Position numbers and translations under genes: made by a program
Assembly: GCF_009914755.1 (NCBI RefSeq)
Contig: NC_060929.1
Source: the human T2T-CHM13v2.0 reference genome, Homo sapiens
Length of the DNA: 64,000 nt
Direction: 5' to 3' (one strand)
In this document: one piece after another, positions 52,172 to 64,000 of the stretch
Layout: every line of letters begins with the position of its first letter
How positions within the stretch are numbered: the stretch's first letter is position 1
The notes under the pieces: generated by a model
The model's input: the letters and a program-made list of their open reading frames with translations, nothing else
Databases searched by the model: none
What the model was told of the DNA's origin: nothing

Positions 52172-53894
52172 GACAGTATTTATTAAATTGAGAGTTTTTA
52201 GCTTGCAAGTAGCCTAAAATGTCAGACCTTTCACCATTCTTGACATTGAGCTTCTCAAATTACATTAAATACTAATGTGTAGGACAGGTTGGCCCTGTCT
52301 AACTTTACTAGATACTTGCTTTTTTCCCCACAAAACAGGATTTGGAGAGGGAGGCTGGTTTCTCAGTTTTCCTAGGATACTTGATACTGTGTTTTATTTT
52401 TATTTTTTCAGTTGTGGAGGCATTCATTTAAATATATTTTTAAAGGTTGTTGCTTGCAGCTCATCTTCCACTTTGTCACTTCACTTTTATCTCTTATTCT
52501 ACATTTAGCCTTTTGAACAAACTCAGATACCTATTTACGCTGCATAGGAGAAGCTAATCAGTTTGGGTATGGATTCCTTCATGCTGTTTTCATATATAAG
52601 CACTTGAAAGTCCTACACTGCAATACAATAATCTTCACTTTATCATAGCAATAAAAAAGAGGGTTTTTTTAATTCCTAGATATAGACAAAAACATAAAGT
52701 AATGTATTCATACTCATTCAGAAAATTGGAAAGGAAAGAAAATTAAACTTTATCCAAAAACCAGCTACCTATTAGTCTAGGTCAGTTGCTAGTAGATTTG
52801 GAAAATATATCTGGTATGCGTGAAAGGCAGGAAGGGACTAAACTATTCCATTTTCACTTTGTCTGGTCACTGCATTTAAGCATCTATTTGTCTTTTTGTG
52901 ATTATGAAGATGCTGAATTATTTTCTCTAGCAACTTTACACTCTGTATTGATGCTGAAACTTATTTAGCAGTTAAAGTTGCATTTGGAATTGAAAGCTAT
53001 TAACCACAAGTGGCTAAAATAAAAAGAAAATATATGATTGGCTAAAATGTCATCAGTAAACTTTTTTGAAAATCTACTGTAACATGCCCTGTGCTAAGAA
53101 CTAGGTCATAAGTTAAAATAATAATCATGCCAACATGTTTCTCAGTTAACGGTAAGACGAAAACAAGGGTTAGTCAACTTAGTCATAGAACTTTTCAGCA
53201 TTAAAAATATTTAGCCCTGAGTGATTTTATGTCATTCAACTCTAGGAGTATTTGCGTTCACAAGATGAAATAAAATCTGTATTTTTTCTTTCTTTGAGTA
53301 TCTAAGACACATCTGTATCTTTTCAATATTTGTACACTCTATCTTAGTATGTGCATTTTTCAATGTTTCTACATTCTATCTAATATGTGTATTGGCGACT
53401 CCAATAAGTCACTACAACAATATTTCATAATTTAGGGAAGCTGCACTTATTCAGACTTCAGGTGCCTATTCTTGATAGTTTTACAAAGTTTGCCTTTGTA
53501 AAATCTATTAAGAAACTTTTCTAGGCAAATTGATAAAACAGAGATAGTAGTTATCTATTTTAGAAATTAAATTCAAAATGCATTTTAAAAGTCTTTTAAC
53601 AGCACATACATATAAAATAATTAAAGCATTTAGTTTTGACTATATATGGTCTATAAATACAATTTTAGAAAGCCTTTCATCCACACATAACAGTTAATGA
53701 TAGTGTATATCAAGATTCTCAAAATATATAACTAAATTCATTATAATTATTCCATAAAATATATGTTTGATTATTATAATATATTATAAATATTGGTTGA
53801 ATTGACCTTTAATTTTTTTAATTAGAGAAACTTTTTGGCAATATTCAATCATTACAATTATTACCTTTTGTGAAATCCATTTTTGAAGCCGAAA

Positions 53895-54450
53895 CTGTTA
53901 TTTAATGAGTACCTTCTCTGTTCCAGGGAGTGTACTAGGCACTAGAATTACAAAGACGACTAAAACAATTATCATTTTTTGCATATAACACAATTCTAAG
54001 ATAAATATGCTAAATATGATATCTCATTATAGTTTTATAAAAACTACAGCAGGATGGAAAACTGGTATAAAAGTATATCTAAGAGAATGAGTCATTTTCT
54101 ATGGATAAGTGTATGAAAATGGAAATAATGTAGAATCCTAGAGAAGTATGTATATTTTTGAAGGTTGTCTAGGAAATCAAGCCAAGAAGAAGTTTGATAG
54201 GTTTAAGGATGAGAGAGGCTTTATGACAGGAGAAACAAAAAAAGCACAGGTTTAAAATCATAACAGTGGTAAGAATACCTAATGGAAGGTGAAGTCTCTG
54301 GCATAGCAAGACTGTGGAGTTTTTGCATGTAAATTTAGAAAATAAGGGGTAAAGATTAATTGGGGACATATTTATTTTGAAGGGTATTGTACTTCAAGTG
54401 CTGAAGTGTTTGGATAGTTTTCTGCAATAATTGAAGCCACTGGAGATATC
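53895..54450 (-). mobile_element. L2 relic
   Basis: TATTTAATGAGTACCTTCTCTGTTCCAGG..GTGTACTAGGCACTAG...GAAGCCACTGGAG. Confidence 0.45.
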
Positions 54451-54724
54451 ACTGTCTAGTGATGTGTATTGATTTTTGTGTTTTGGGAAAAATTTATAAA
54501 ACTACATGAACTTTGGATCAGAAGGAGAAAAGATGGGAGATATAAACTTATTACAATTTTTCATGTATTTCATTTTAAAGTGCTCTTGGCATTTTATTTT
54601 TATGTTTGTTTGCTTTTCTTTAAAATCTTTAATAAAGCAGTTATTAAAGACTATTTTATAACATGATAATAAAAATAAAAATCTATCTTAACCTACAACT
54701 AGTATCTTCCAAAATGTATAATTA

Positions 54725-56235
54725 GACCAAGACCAGTGTTTCCATTATCACCATTATTGATTTAGAACTGTTCTGGAAGTAATATCCAATATAATCAGAG
54801 AAGAAAAAAATTAAATGCATAACAATTATTTATAAAAGGAAAATTACTATAATTATTTGCAGAGTGTATGGTAGGATACATGGAAATCCATTAAATAATT
54901 AACTGAAAAAAAAACACTAAAACATATTAAGGGACTTAGAAGATTCAAACAATTGCAAAGGAATATGATATTTAGTTGCAAAGGAATATGATATTTTTAA
55001 CATTATCAGGATATCATCTCCGAGTTAAGTTCCAAAGGTAATGTGAGTTCAATAAATATAATATCACTATATTTTTATTTTGAACAAGTTCATTCTAAAA
55101 TTTACTTTAAGAAATAAATAAAGAGCAAGATTAGCCAGGGAAATGAGGAAAATTAAAAAAGGTATAATGAAAATGGACTAACTCTACAAATACTAAAATA
55201 AATTATAAACTATCAATAACTAAAATCATGATTTAATCTGCTAAATCAGAACAGGTGTCCAGAAATAGACACTAATACATCCAAGAACTAAATGTGGAAA
55301 AAGGATTTTTCAATCACTCATTTGTATAATTGTGTAGCCATCTGGAAAAAAAGTTGAATACAAATCTATCTGGCTTATGAATACACATAATTTGAATATG
55401 AATATACATATTCCATAATACATATTATAATGAGTTTGGATTCCCCAACCTAAATTTACAAAGAAATAAAAAATAGACATACCACTCAATAAAACTGAGC
55501 AGAAGATATGAATACACAATTCACTGGCAAAGGAATATCAGTAGCTGTAAAGCACTGTTACAGAAACTCAACTTCACTCAAGAAAAATGCACACTCAGAC
55601 TACATTTATGATCCATTTTTCACCTACTTTATTTGCAAATATCAAAAATTTGATAATGTACTGCTTTGGCTAAGTTGTGGGGAAAACTAATTTTCTTACA
55701 TTGCTGGTAGAAATTTAAATGGGTATAGCCTCCACTGAGGGGAATTTGACAATATCTATCAAAATTATTAACACACATGTCCTGAATGTAGTAATTCTGA
55801 TAGTGTATTTGTGAAATAAGGTGTTTACAAACTTATTTTTTTCAGTATTATTTCTAATAGTAACAAGTTGGGGTAAAGGAACCCAAAACATCTAAATGCT
55901 CATCAGTAAGAGACTATTTAATTAAATCATAGTACATCCACTAGAAAGAATAAGAATGAAGAAGTTCTTAGCAAAACTTGTATGGTGCCTGACTGATACA
56001 AGTGTCATAACAGTGTGGGAAGAGCATTTCCACTGGAGTAAGAAAAAGTGACTTATTTGTATACATGCAGAATATCCCTAGGAAGATGCATAAGGTATTA
56101 GTAATGTCAGCTGCCTGTAAGGAAAGGAACAGGGTACCTGGAAGCAAAGAAAGGAGCAAGGCTTTCTAATTAATTATTTCTTACATTTTTTCCAAATTTT
56201 AACAGTTAATGTATTTCCTATTCAAATTAATTTCT
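54725..56235 (+). mobile_element. Ancient L1ME/L1M5 ORF2-3'UTR relic
   Basis: ACTGTTCTGGAAGT...TTATTTGCAGA...ATTCTAAAATTTAC...GTCCAGAAATAGAC...ACATTGCTGGTAGAAAT...TATCTATCAAAATT...AAATGCTCATCAGTAAG. Confidence 0.7.
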
Positions 56236-57515
56236 AAATATAGTTGTAAACAATAAACATGAGATAGGCATTCCCATTTTTAAAATGATGGTATTTCTTT
56301 TCATCTTTGGAAGTCTGAATTACTTAGATGTGTATATGTTGGCGTCACTGGTGGGGTGGTTGTGGTGTGAAGGTATGAAAATACATGTGGCAATCTCCTT
56401 CTCAGGGTTGGTCACTAGAGTTAAAGGTTCTATTATCATCATTTTTAAGCCCCTGTAACATTAGTAGCATGTTTGCAACATGCATGGCACTCAACATCAT
56501 ACATTGAATAACTACAGAGGCAGCACATTTAATTACTAGCATACAGTAAAGAGCCATTGTGCTCACAAAGGTGACTTGGTGAGGAGTCCAGGATGTCATT
56601 AAATCTCCCACTAGGAATTATGTAGAATGGTTTGCATATAAATTGTAGACTTAGTGGTAGCAAATGGATTACAGCTTACAAGTTCAAATTTCAGTATCCT
56701 TCAACAGTTCTAATCACCTGGAAAAGACCTTGAGTTCAACTATTCAAATTATAGGGGTGAGTAGCACGCTGGATAATATCTGAGATATAGTTGACAAGAA
56801 ACAATTGCAGGGGAAAATGAAAATAAAATAATAAAACATAAATAGAATCTTCTAAAATGTGATAATAAACTGTTACCCATTAAAAAAGTTATAATGGGAG
56901 TTATTAATCTTTATCTGAGAAATCAGTTATTCCCTAATGATATAAAGGAGTTAAAGATTTGAGCTCCTGCCTCTACAAAATATAAAAGATCCCCCTAAAG
57001 TAGAACTCACTTCTTGTGGATAAAGTCTTTATCTTTTTTGAGATGGCAGAAAGTGTCTTTCATATTATATATGCTTTTTAAATGCTGCAAATTGGATACT
57101 TTTTAGTATTGCAGGCTTACTTTGTATATTTTAGGATTCTATACCCTTTGACAATGTAAGCCTTTTTTTCTAATTTTTATATTTCTTGAGAATTTGATTC
57201 GCTGTTCTGTTAATGTCAGTAACACCTCTTTAGGTAAAATAAGTTATTTTGCAGAGAATATATATATGACTGAGTAGATTTTAAACTTAGGATTTGGAAA
57301 TTTAAACTTACCAGAAGGTTGCTTTTCAGAAACTTGCAAAAGTGTATAGCCTTTAAGATATTTTCTTAAAGTTTTGTGGAAATGAACTATACCATATTAC
57401 TTTGCTTTAAAATAGTGGTATCTTAAACCCTGAATAGTCTGGTTTTCCATGGCTTGTGATTTAACAATAGGTTTAATATAGGTATAGCAAAATAGATGTA
57501 GAAGTGTCCCACCCT

Positions 57516-57870
57516 GTCTGGAAGACAGCTTTCCTGGCAGCCTTGGACCAACCCAGTTCTCCCCTTTTCTTGCTTGTAATTCTTAAGAATACTGTAGAAC
57601 CTACTGAGAATATGATATTCTGAGACAGGGAGGAACTGCCTCAAACAGTGCATGCTTTGTTTCTGTCCCTCCTAGGAAATGTAACGTCTTGGGGGAATAG
57701 CCTGGTCTTTGTTCCTCTCTCCCCTAGAAGCAGGTTCTTCTTCAAAGCTGTGCCCAGTGTGTCACATGGCCCCTGAGATACATAATCTGGGGTGGGCTGC
57801 CTTCTGGGATCCTTCAGCTGTGGTGCAAAGTGGAGCATGTGCAGTCAAGACACCATCCATCTTGGGTAGT
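57516..57870 (+). mobile_element. LTR47-type ERVL LTR, 3'-truncated
   Basis: GCCTTGGACCAACCCAGTTCTCCCC...AAGAATACTGTAGAA...CTGAGACAGGGAGGAACTG...TCAGCTGTGGTGCAAAGTGG...GCAGTCAAGAC. Confidence 0.65.
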
Positions 57871-59502
57871 AATGGGCATAGTGATGGCGGTTGGCATAGT
57901 GATGGTCTTTACCACAGTGGGAGCCATCTTTTGGGATTGACGGTTAGCAAACCTGCTTTGTATTCTCCCACTAAATGTGTACAGAATGATGGAATGCCAA
58001 GTCCAGGAAAATCTTGATGCTTGTCACATAGCTACTTTTTTTTAGGAAAGGGGCTTCAAAATCTATTCCACCATCTAATCTCCTACCTCTGCCATTTTTC
58101 TTAAAATTCCTCTTGTAATGTTCCCTTTAAAGAGGTACAGACCACTTCTTCCTTAGTTCAGGGTAAGTCAGCTAGAACATGATGCATTTGCTGAAAATGA
58201 CCTGAATTCTTTGCAAGCAAGGACCTTATTTAGCATGAAGCCAAAGAAATCAAAACATATTTCTTAGAGGTGACTCCTCTAAGGTTGCCGTCTTGAGGAT
58301 GGCTGTGGAAAAATTCCAGTTGCTTTAAATTGGCCCATTTTGCACAGCAGAGTTAGGAGAAGTAGATTTCTCTTCTGTGAGGCTAAAGAGGTATATTCCT
58401 TTTCCACCTCATGTTTCTGCATGCCTATTATGAGCATCATTGCCATGTCATTTCCTTGTGTCTCTTGCTTGAGATCCTAGGGAATTTGTCCCTCTGGATT
58501 GATAGGAAGTGATACACTGTTATATGTTGGACAGATGGCATGAGTTAGAATTTTACCAAAGTTAAATTATGGTATTCAGAATCCAACCTTGCCATGTGGA
58601 ACTGTGATATAAAATAAAATATATGGATTTATATTACCAGATTTATATCACTTCAAAAACTGACCTGCCCTTTCTTTTTGTGTTTTAAAATATTGAGGGG
58701 AACATCCTTCATCCCCCTCTATGTGACAAGCCATAGTTCATTTTAGATTTTACTCTCAACTGTATCTTAATATACAAACATTACACACACCCCACATATA
58801 TTCTTTATCTATGTATATGAATATGTATGAGTATATATGTATATGTAATGAGGAGGAACTTTCAGAAAATATATAAAACAAATACAATGTATGTATTCAC
58901 TGATTTTAAAACATACATCAAACACAAAACAAATCTAAATCCAAGCTTCAGATCAAGTCAAGATACCCCCAAAAATAGAAAAAAAATAGCATTTCTCTTT
59001 TTCTACTAACCCCCAAAGAATTAAAGAACAACTGCCGTGTTCAGAGTACTTTGCTATTTTTTATAAAAAGCTTTATAAAAAGCCAAGGCCCATACATGAA
59101 AATTGTTTGATTCTATTTGAATGATTGTCCTGTGGGGAGCAAAGTCCTCTTCATACCCAGAGATCCAGAAATCTGTCAACTTCAGAAAACTCCTGAGGGT
59201 TGACTCCAGAGATGCAAAACCTCTGAAGGCTGCCAGAGTCCAACACTCCTTGAAGTACAAAAAATAATTATTCTCTGCATCACTTTCTTAAAGTCTTTCT
59301 CAATATTTTTCCTTCAACTTTCATAATTTTGTTGCCCTTAGCTACTTTAAGAATGTATGTGCTCATGTGCAAACCACTGTACTCTATTCCTCATAGGGAA
59401 TGGTAGGATTAAAACATTTTGAGACAGGAAAATCTTTCTCCATAATAGTGCTTAGAAACTTAGTAGTGCTTAGAAATTTATTTATATTAAAACATGTATA
59501 TT

Positions 59503-59848
59503 TAGTAATGTGTCACTTAATGACAGGGATATATTCTGAGAAATGTGTCATTAGGCAATTTCATCATTGTGTAAACATAGGGTGTACTTACACAAACTAA
59601 CTAGAAGGTATAGACTACAAGACATTTGTGGTATATAGGGTATCCTATTGCTCCTAGGCTATAAACCAGTACAGCATGTTACTGTACTGAATACTGTAGG
59701 CAATTGTAACACGTGGTAAGTATTTGTGTATCCAAACATATCTAATTATAGAAAAAGTACAGTAAAAATAGGTATTAAAACCTTATGGGACCACCGTCAT
59801 ACATGCAATTCATTGTTGACTGAAATTTCCTTATGTGGAGAATATACA
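59503..59848 (-). mobile_element. Tigger3a (TcMar-Tigger) non-autonomous element
   Basis: CACTTAATGACAGGGATATATTCTGAGAAATGTGTCATTAGGCAATTTCATCATTGTG...CCTATTGCTCCTAGGCTA...CTTATGGGACCACCGTC. Confidence 0.8.
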
Positions 59849-59890
59849 TACATACATACATACATATATATATATAATATATATATATAT
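59843..59890. repeat. (TACA)n/(TA)n microsatellite
   Basis: Seen directly. Confidence 0.85.
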
Positions 59891-60829
59891 TGTTGTCACT
59901 CCAGATTCTCTGGGAACCATACTACTTACTGGAACAGCTACCAGAAGTCTACTCTAAAATGGTTAGATTAAAAATAGAACAGCTCTGAGAAAATAGGGAT
60001 TAAAGAATTATAATGCAGAAAAAAAGAAAACAGAACTGAAATGTCATGACGTGATCCTTCCAAAAAACTAGTAATAATAAAATGGTCAAATTACTTAAAA
60101 TATTTAACAAACAAGGTATCACAAAAGTAGAAATGTGAACGAAAATACTGCCTGTGTGTCAGCTAGCACTTCCCTCTTTAGTAATTCTGACAACAGCTGT
60201 GATTCTCCTTCCTTCTATTCATTTTAGACTTGCTGTGTTTGACAGAAGATAAATATAAAATAAATAAACTTATCAGAGTCTCAGAAATTAGATCTATCTA
60301 TATATATCAAGCAATCTCTTTTTAAAAAATATCTTCTCTACATATCTTCCTGTAATTGCACAAATGTATATAAAATATATATTCGTTGAATGAAGAGGTA
60401 TATCTTTTAAAAAGAAACATATCACAATTTATAGTTGTCAAACAAAGTTACATTTAACATTAAGACACAGTTTTGATTTCTGTGCAGATATTGAAGAATC
60501 CCCAGGAGAATAAATATAGCAAAATTAATGCCCTAACTCTCTGATCACTAGTTCACACAATTCCCTTCTCCTAATTAATCTCATCTTTTTAACCAGGAAG
60601 CCTGAGTTCTTTCTTTATTAGTTACTTAGAGCCAAGTATAGGAACTACCTCAGATTCTTACTTAGTACTCTTAGATATATATATATTTTTTGAGACATCA
60701 GAGTCAGTATCTGGGTTTAAATCATATCTCCACTATTAAGAACTGGATATGAATCAGACTAGCGACAGAATGGCATGCTTATGAGGAAATTCATGAGAAA
60801 GCAGGATAATATAGAAATGAGAAGTAGAT

Positions 60830-61345
60830 ATTTTTTGGAAAACAATTTTCAATGGGTTTCTCTCTGCACCTCCTGCAAGCAGAACACCAACTCCCTTATG
60901 TTACAGAGCATCTTTTTAATGATGTTGGTATAGTGGTCAGTCTTGGATTATAGAGTGTCTTCCTCTGAAGTAGGGTAAAAAAATATATAGTGAAATAAAG
61001 CCAGTAAAATAAAAAAGAGTTTCCAGAGCAAAAGTTAAGCAGGTTGTCTTAATTATCTATCACAAAGCATGAGGTTCCATAGGTTTCGATTTCCTCAATA
61101 GTGACACAGACTCACTATTTATACAGCACCCAACTAGATTCTTCCATATTGCCCATGTGGGACTTGGAGGCAAAGGGACTGTCACAAAGATGAAACTTAT
61201 AATGTTTGCTGTGCAATAAATAATAAAGTAATTGATCTCTGACCCGGAAGTATTGTACCTTCTGCCAGCATCCATGAAAATGTGGTACAGAATCTTGTTA
61301 GCTTGCAAGAGGGGAAAATTCTCAGACCCTTCAGAGTTATTGACA
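60830..61345 (+). mobile_element. Second LTR40-type ERVL LTR
   Basis: ACAATTTTCAATGGG...TAATAAAGT...TCTCTGACCCGG...CTTCTGCCAGCATCCATGAAA...TTGTTAGCTTGCAAG...CTCAGACCCTTCAGAGTTATTGACA. Confidence 0.7.
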
Positions 61346-61359
61346 GGTATCTCACAAAA

Positions 61360-64000
61360 TTTATTTTTTTTAACTTTTTAGGGGAACATGTGGAGGTTTG
61401 CTATACAGGTAAACTCGTGTTGTGGGGGTTTGTTATACAGATTATTTCGTAACTCAGGTATTAATCCTAGTCCCCATTAGTTACTTTTCCTGATCCTCTC
61501 TCTCCTCCAAACCACTACCCTCTGGTAGGCTCCAGTGTCTGTTGTTCTGCTCTATGTGTCCTTGTATTCTCATCATTTAGCTTTGACCTATAAATGAGAA
61601 CATCCAGTACTTGGTTTTATGTTCCTCCATTATTTTGCTAAGAATAATGGCTTCTAGCTCCATCCATGTTCCTGCAAAGGACATGATCTCATTCTTTTTT
61701 ATGACTGCATAGTATTCCATGGTGTATATGAACCACATTTTCTTTATCCAGTCTACAGCTGATGGGCATTTGGGTTGATTCCATGTCTTTGCCATTGTGA
61801 ATAGCACTATGATGAACACACATGAGCATGTGTCTTTATGACAGAACAATTTATATTCCTTTGGATATATACATAGTAATGGGATTGCTGGGTTGAGTGG
61901 TCATTCTGTTTTTAGCTCTTTGAGGAATAGCTACATTGCTTTCCACAATGGTTGAACTAATCTACACTCCCACCAACAGTGTATAAGTGTTCCATTTTCT
62001 CTGCAACCTCACCAGCATCTGTTATTTTTGACTTTTTAGTAATAGCCATTCTGACAGGTATGAAATGGTATCTCATTGTGGTTGTGATTTGCACTTCTCT
62101 AATGATCAGTGATGTTGTGCTTTTTTTCATATGTTTGTTGGCCACAGGTATACCTTCTTTTGAGAAGTATCTGTTCATGTCCTTTGCCCACTTTTTAATG
62201 GGGTTGTTTATTATTTTCATGTAAATTTATTTACGCTCTTTACAGATGCTGGATATTAGACCTTTGTCAGATGCATAGTTTGCAAAAAATTTCTCCCTTT
62301 CTGTAAGTTGTGTATGTACTCTATTGATAGTTTATTTTGCTGTGCAGAAGATCTTTAGTTTAATTAGATCCCATATGTCAATTTTTGCTTTTGTCGCAGT
62401 TGCTTTTGGCATCTTTATCATGACATCTTTGCCTGTTCCTATGTCCAGAATAATATTTCCTAGGTTGTCTTCCAGGGTTTTTATAATTTTGTGTCTTACA
62501 TTAAGTCTTGAATTCATCTTGAGTTGAATTTTGCATGTTATAAAGAAAGAGTCCAGTTTTAATCTTCTGCATATGGCTAGCCAGCTATCCCAGCACCATG
62601 TATTGAGTAGGGAATCCTTCCCCCATTGCTTGTTTCTGCCAGGTTTTTCAAAGATAAGATAGTTGTAGGTGTGAAACCTTATTTCTGGGTTCTCTATTCT
62701 GTTCCATTAGTCTGTGTCTGTTTTAATGCCAGCATCATACTATTTTTGGTTACTGTAGCCCTCTAGTATAGTTTGAAGTCAGGTAGCGTGATGCCATCCA
62801 GCTTTGTTCTTTTTGCTTAGAATTGCCTGGGCTATTTGATCTCTTTTGGTTCCATATTAATTTAAAAATAGTTTTTTTCCAGTACTGTGAGGAATGTAAT
62901 TGGTAGTATAATAGTAATTGCATTGAATCTATAAATTGCTTTGAGTAGTATGGCCATTTAAACAATATTGATTCTTCCTATCCATGAGCTTGGAATGTTT
63001 TTCCATTTGTTTGTGTCATCTCTGATTTCTTTGAGCAGTGTTTTGTAGTTCCCTTGCAGAGATCTTTTACCTCCCTAACTAGCTGTATTTCTAGGTATCT
63101 TTTTCTTGTGTGTGTGACAATTGTGAATGGGATTGCATTCCTGATTTGGTTCTCAGATTGACTGTTGTTGGGGTATGGGAATGTTAGTGAGTTTTAACAT
63201 TGATTTTTGTATCCTGAGACTTTGTTAAAGTTGTTTATTGGCTTAAGGAGGTTTTGGGCTGAGATTACGGTTTTTTCTAGATATAGAATTATGTTGTCTG
63301 AAAATAGGGATAGGATGACTTCTTCTCTTCCTTTTTGGATACACTTTATTTCTTTCTCTTGCCTGATTGCCCTGACCAGGACTTCCAATACTATGTTGAA
63401 TAGGAGTTGTGAGAGAGGCCATCTTTTTCTTGTGCTAGTTTTCAAGGGGGTATGCTTCCAGCTTTTGCCCATTCATTATGATGTTGGCTGTGGGTTTGTC
63501 ATACAGGGCTCTTATTGTTTTGAGTTATCTTCCTTCGATATCTTGTTTATTGAGAGTTTTTAACATGAAGGATTGTTGAATTTTATAGAAAGCCCTTTCT
63601 GCATCTATTGAGATAATCATGTGGTTTTTGTCTTTAGTTCTGTTTATGTGATGAATCACATTTATTGATTTGCATATTTGACCAACTTGCATCTAAGGGA
63701 TAAAGCCTACTTGATCATAATGGATAAGCTTTTGAATGTGCTGATGGATTCAGTTAGCCAGTATATTGTTGAGGATTTTTGCATCAATGTTCATCAGGGA
63801 TATTGGTCTGAAGTCTGCTTTTTTGTTGTGTCTCTGCCAAGTTTTGGAGGGAGGAGTCTCTCCCTCTTAATTTTTTTGGAATAGTTTCAGTAAGAATGGT
63901 ACTAGCTCTTCTTTGTTCTTCTGGTAGAATTTGACTGTGAATCTGTCTGGTCCTGGGATTTTTTTGGTTGATCGGTTATTACTGATTCAATTTTGGAGCT
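61360..64000 (-). mobile_element. L1PA11-13-type LINE-1, 3' 2.6 kb, continuing past the window edge
   Basis: 3'UTR GGTAAACTCGTG..GGGGTTTGTTATACAGATTATTTC. Broken ORF2 frames on the minus strand ([41 protein letters not shown]). Confidence 0.92.

Larger units (their letters stand above)
50520..52245 (+). mobile_element. LTR40-type ERVL LTR, split by MLT2 and MER50
   Basis: The 5' part AGACAATTCTTCATGGG...GGAACAAAGGGCA...GAGTTCCTCTCCTATAAC...TGACTCAGGAA runs to about 50894. The 3' part TTAGCTTGCAAGTAG...CAGACCTTTCACCATTCTTGACA is at 52172-52245. Confidence 0.7.

Noticed and set aside
50520-61345. Two same-strand LTR40 copies as the ends of one provirus
   Set aside because: No PBS follows the first copy, no gag/pol relic lies between them, and the interval holds older L2/L1ME relics. 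They are more likely independent solo LTRs.
61577-63884. Cluster of ORFs near the right edge
   Set aside because: They are frameshifted L1 ORF2 fragments and their antisense frames.

Overview
This is AT-rich, repeat-dense primate genomic DNA. AluY and an L1PA2-type insertion point to human or another great ape. It is intergenic or deep intronic: I find no protein-coding gene, tRNA, rRNA, recognisable snRNA, CpG island or CRISPR array. The supplied ORFs are L1 ORF2 remnants, Alu-derived frames, low-complexity frames or chance ORFs. About half the window is recognisable transposon sequence. It includes a near full-length old L1MA (1-8455) carrying a nested AluY, an Hsmar2 mariner and L1 3' ends, a 5'-truncated L1PA2, several Alus, many MaLR/ERVL/ERV1 solo LTRs (including an LTR40>MLT2>MER50 nest), MIR and L2 relics, Tigger3a, and an L1PA11-13 running off the right edge. 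Subfamily names come from my recall of consensus sequences, not from a RepeatMasker run, and boundaries of old repeats are approximate. I found no convincing new biological system. The best leads are a hammerhead-ribozyme-like three-way junction at 22.8 kb (speculative), a probable 28-bp L1 3' transduction, an L1PA3-like fragment with the pre-Ta ACG diagnostic, and a candidate spliced non-coding exon near 30.8 kb.
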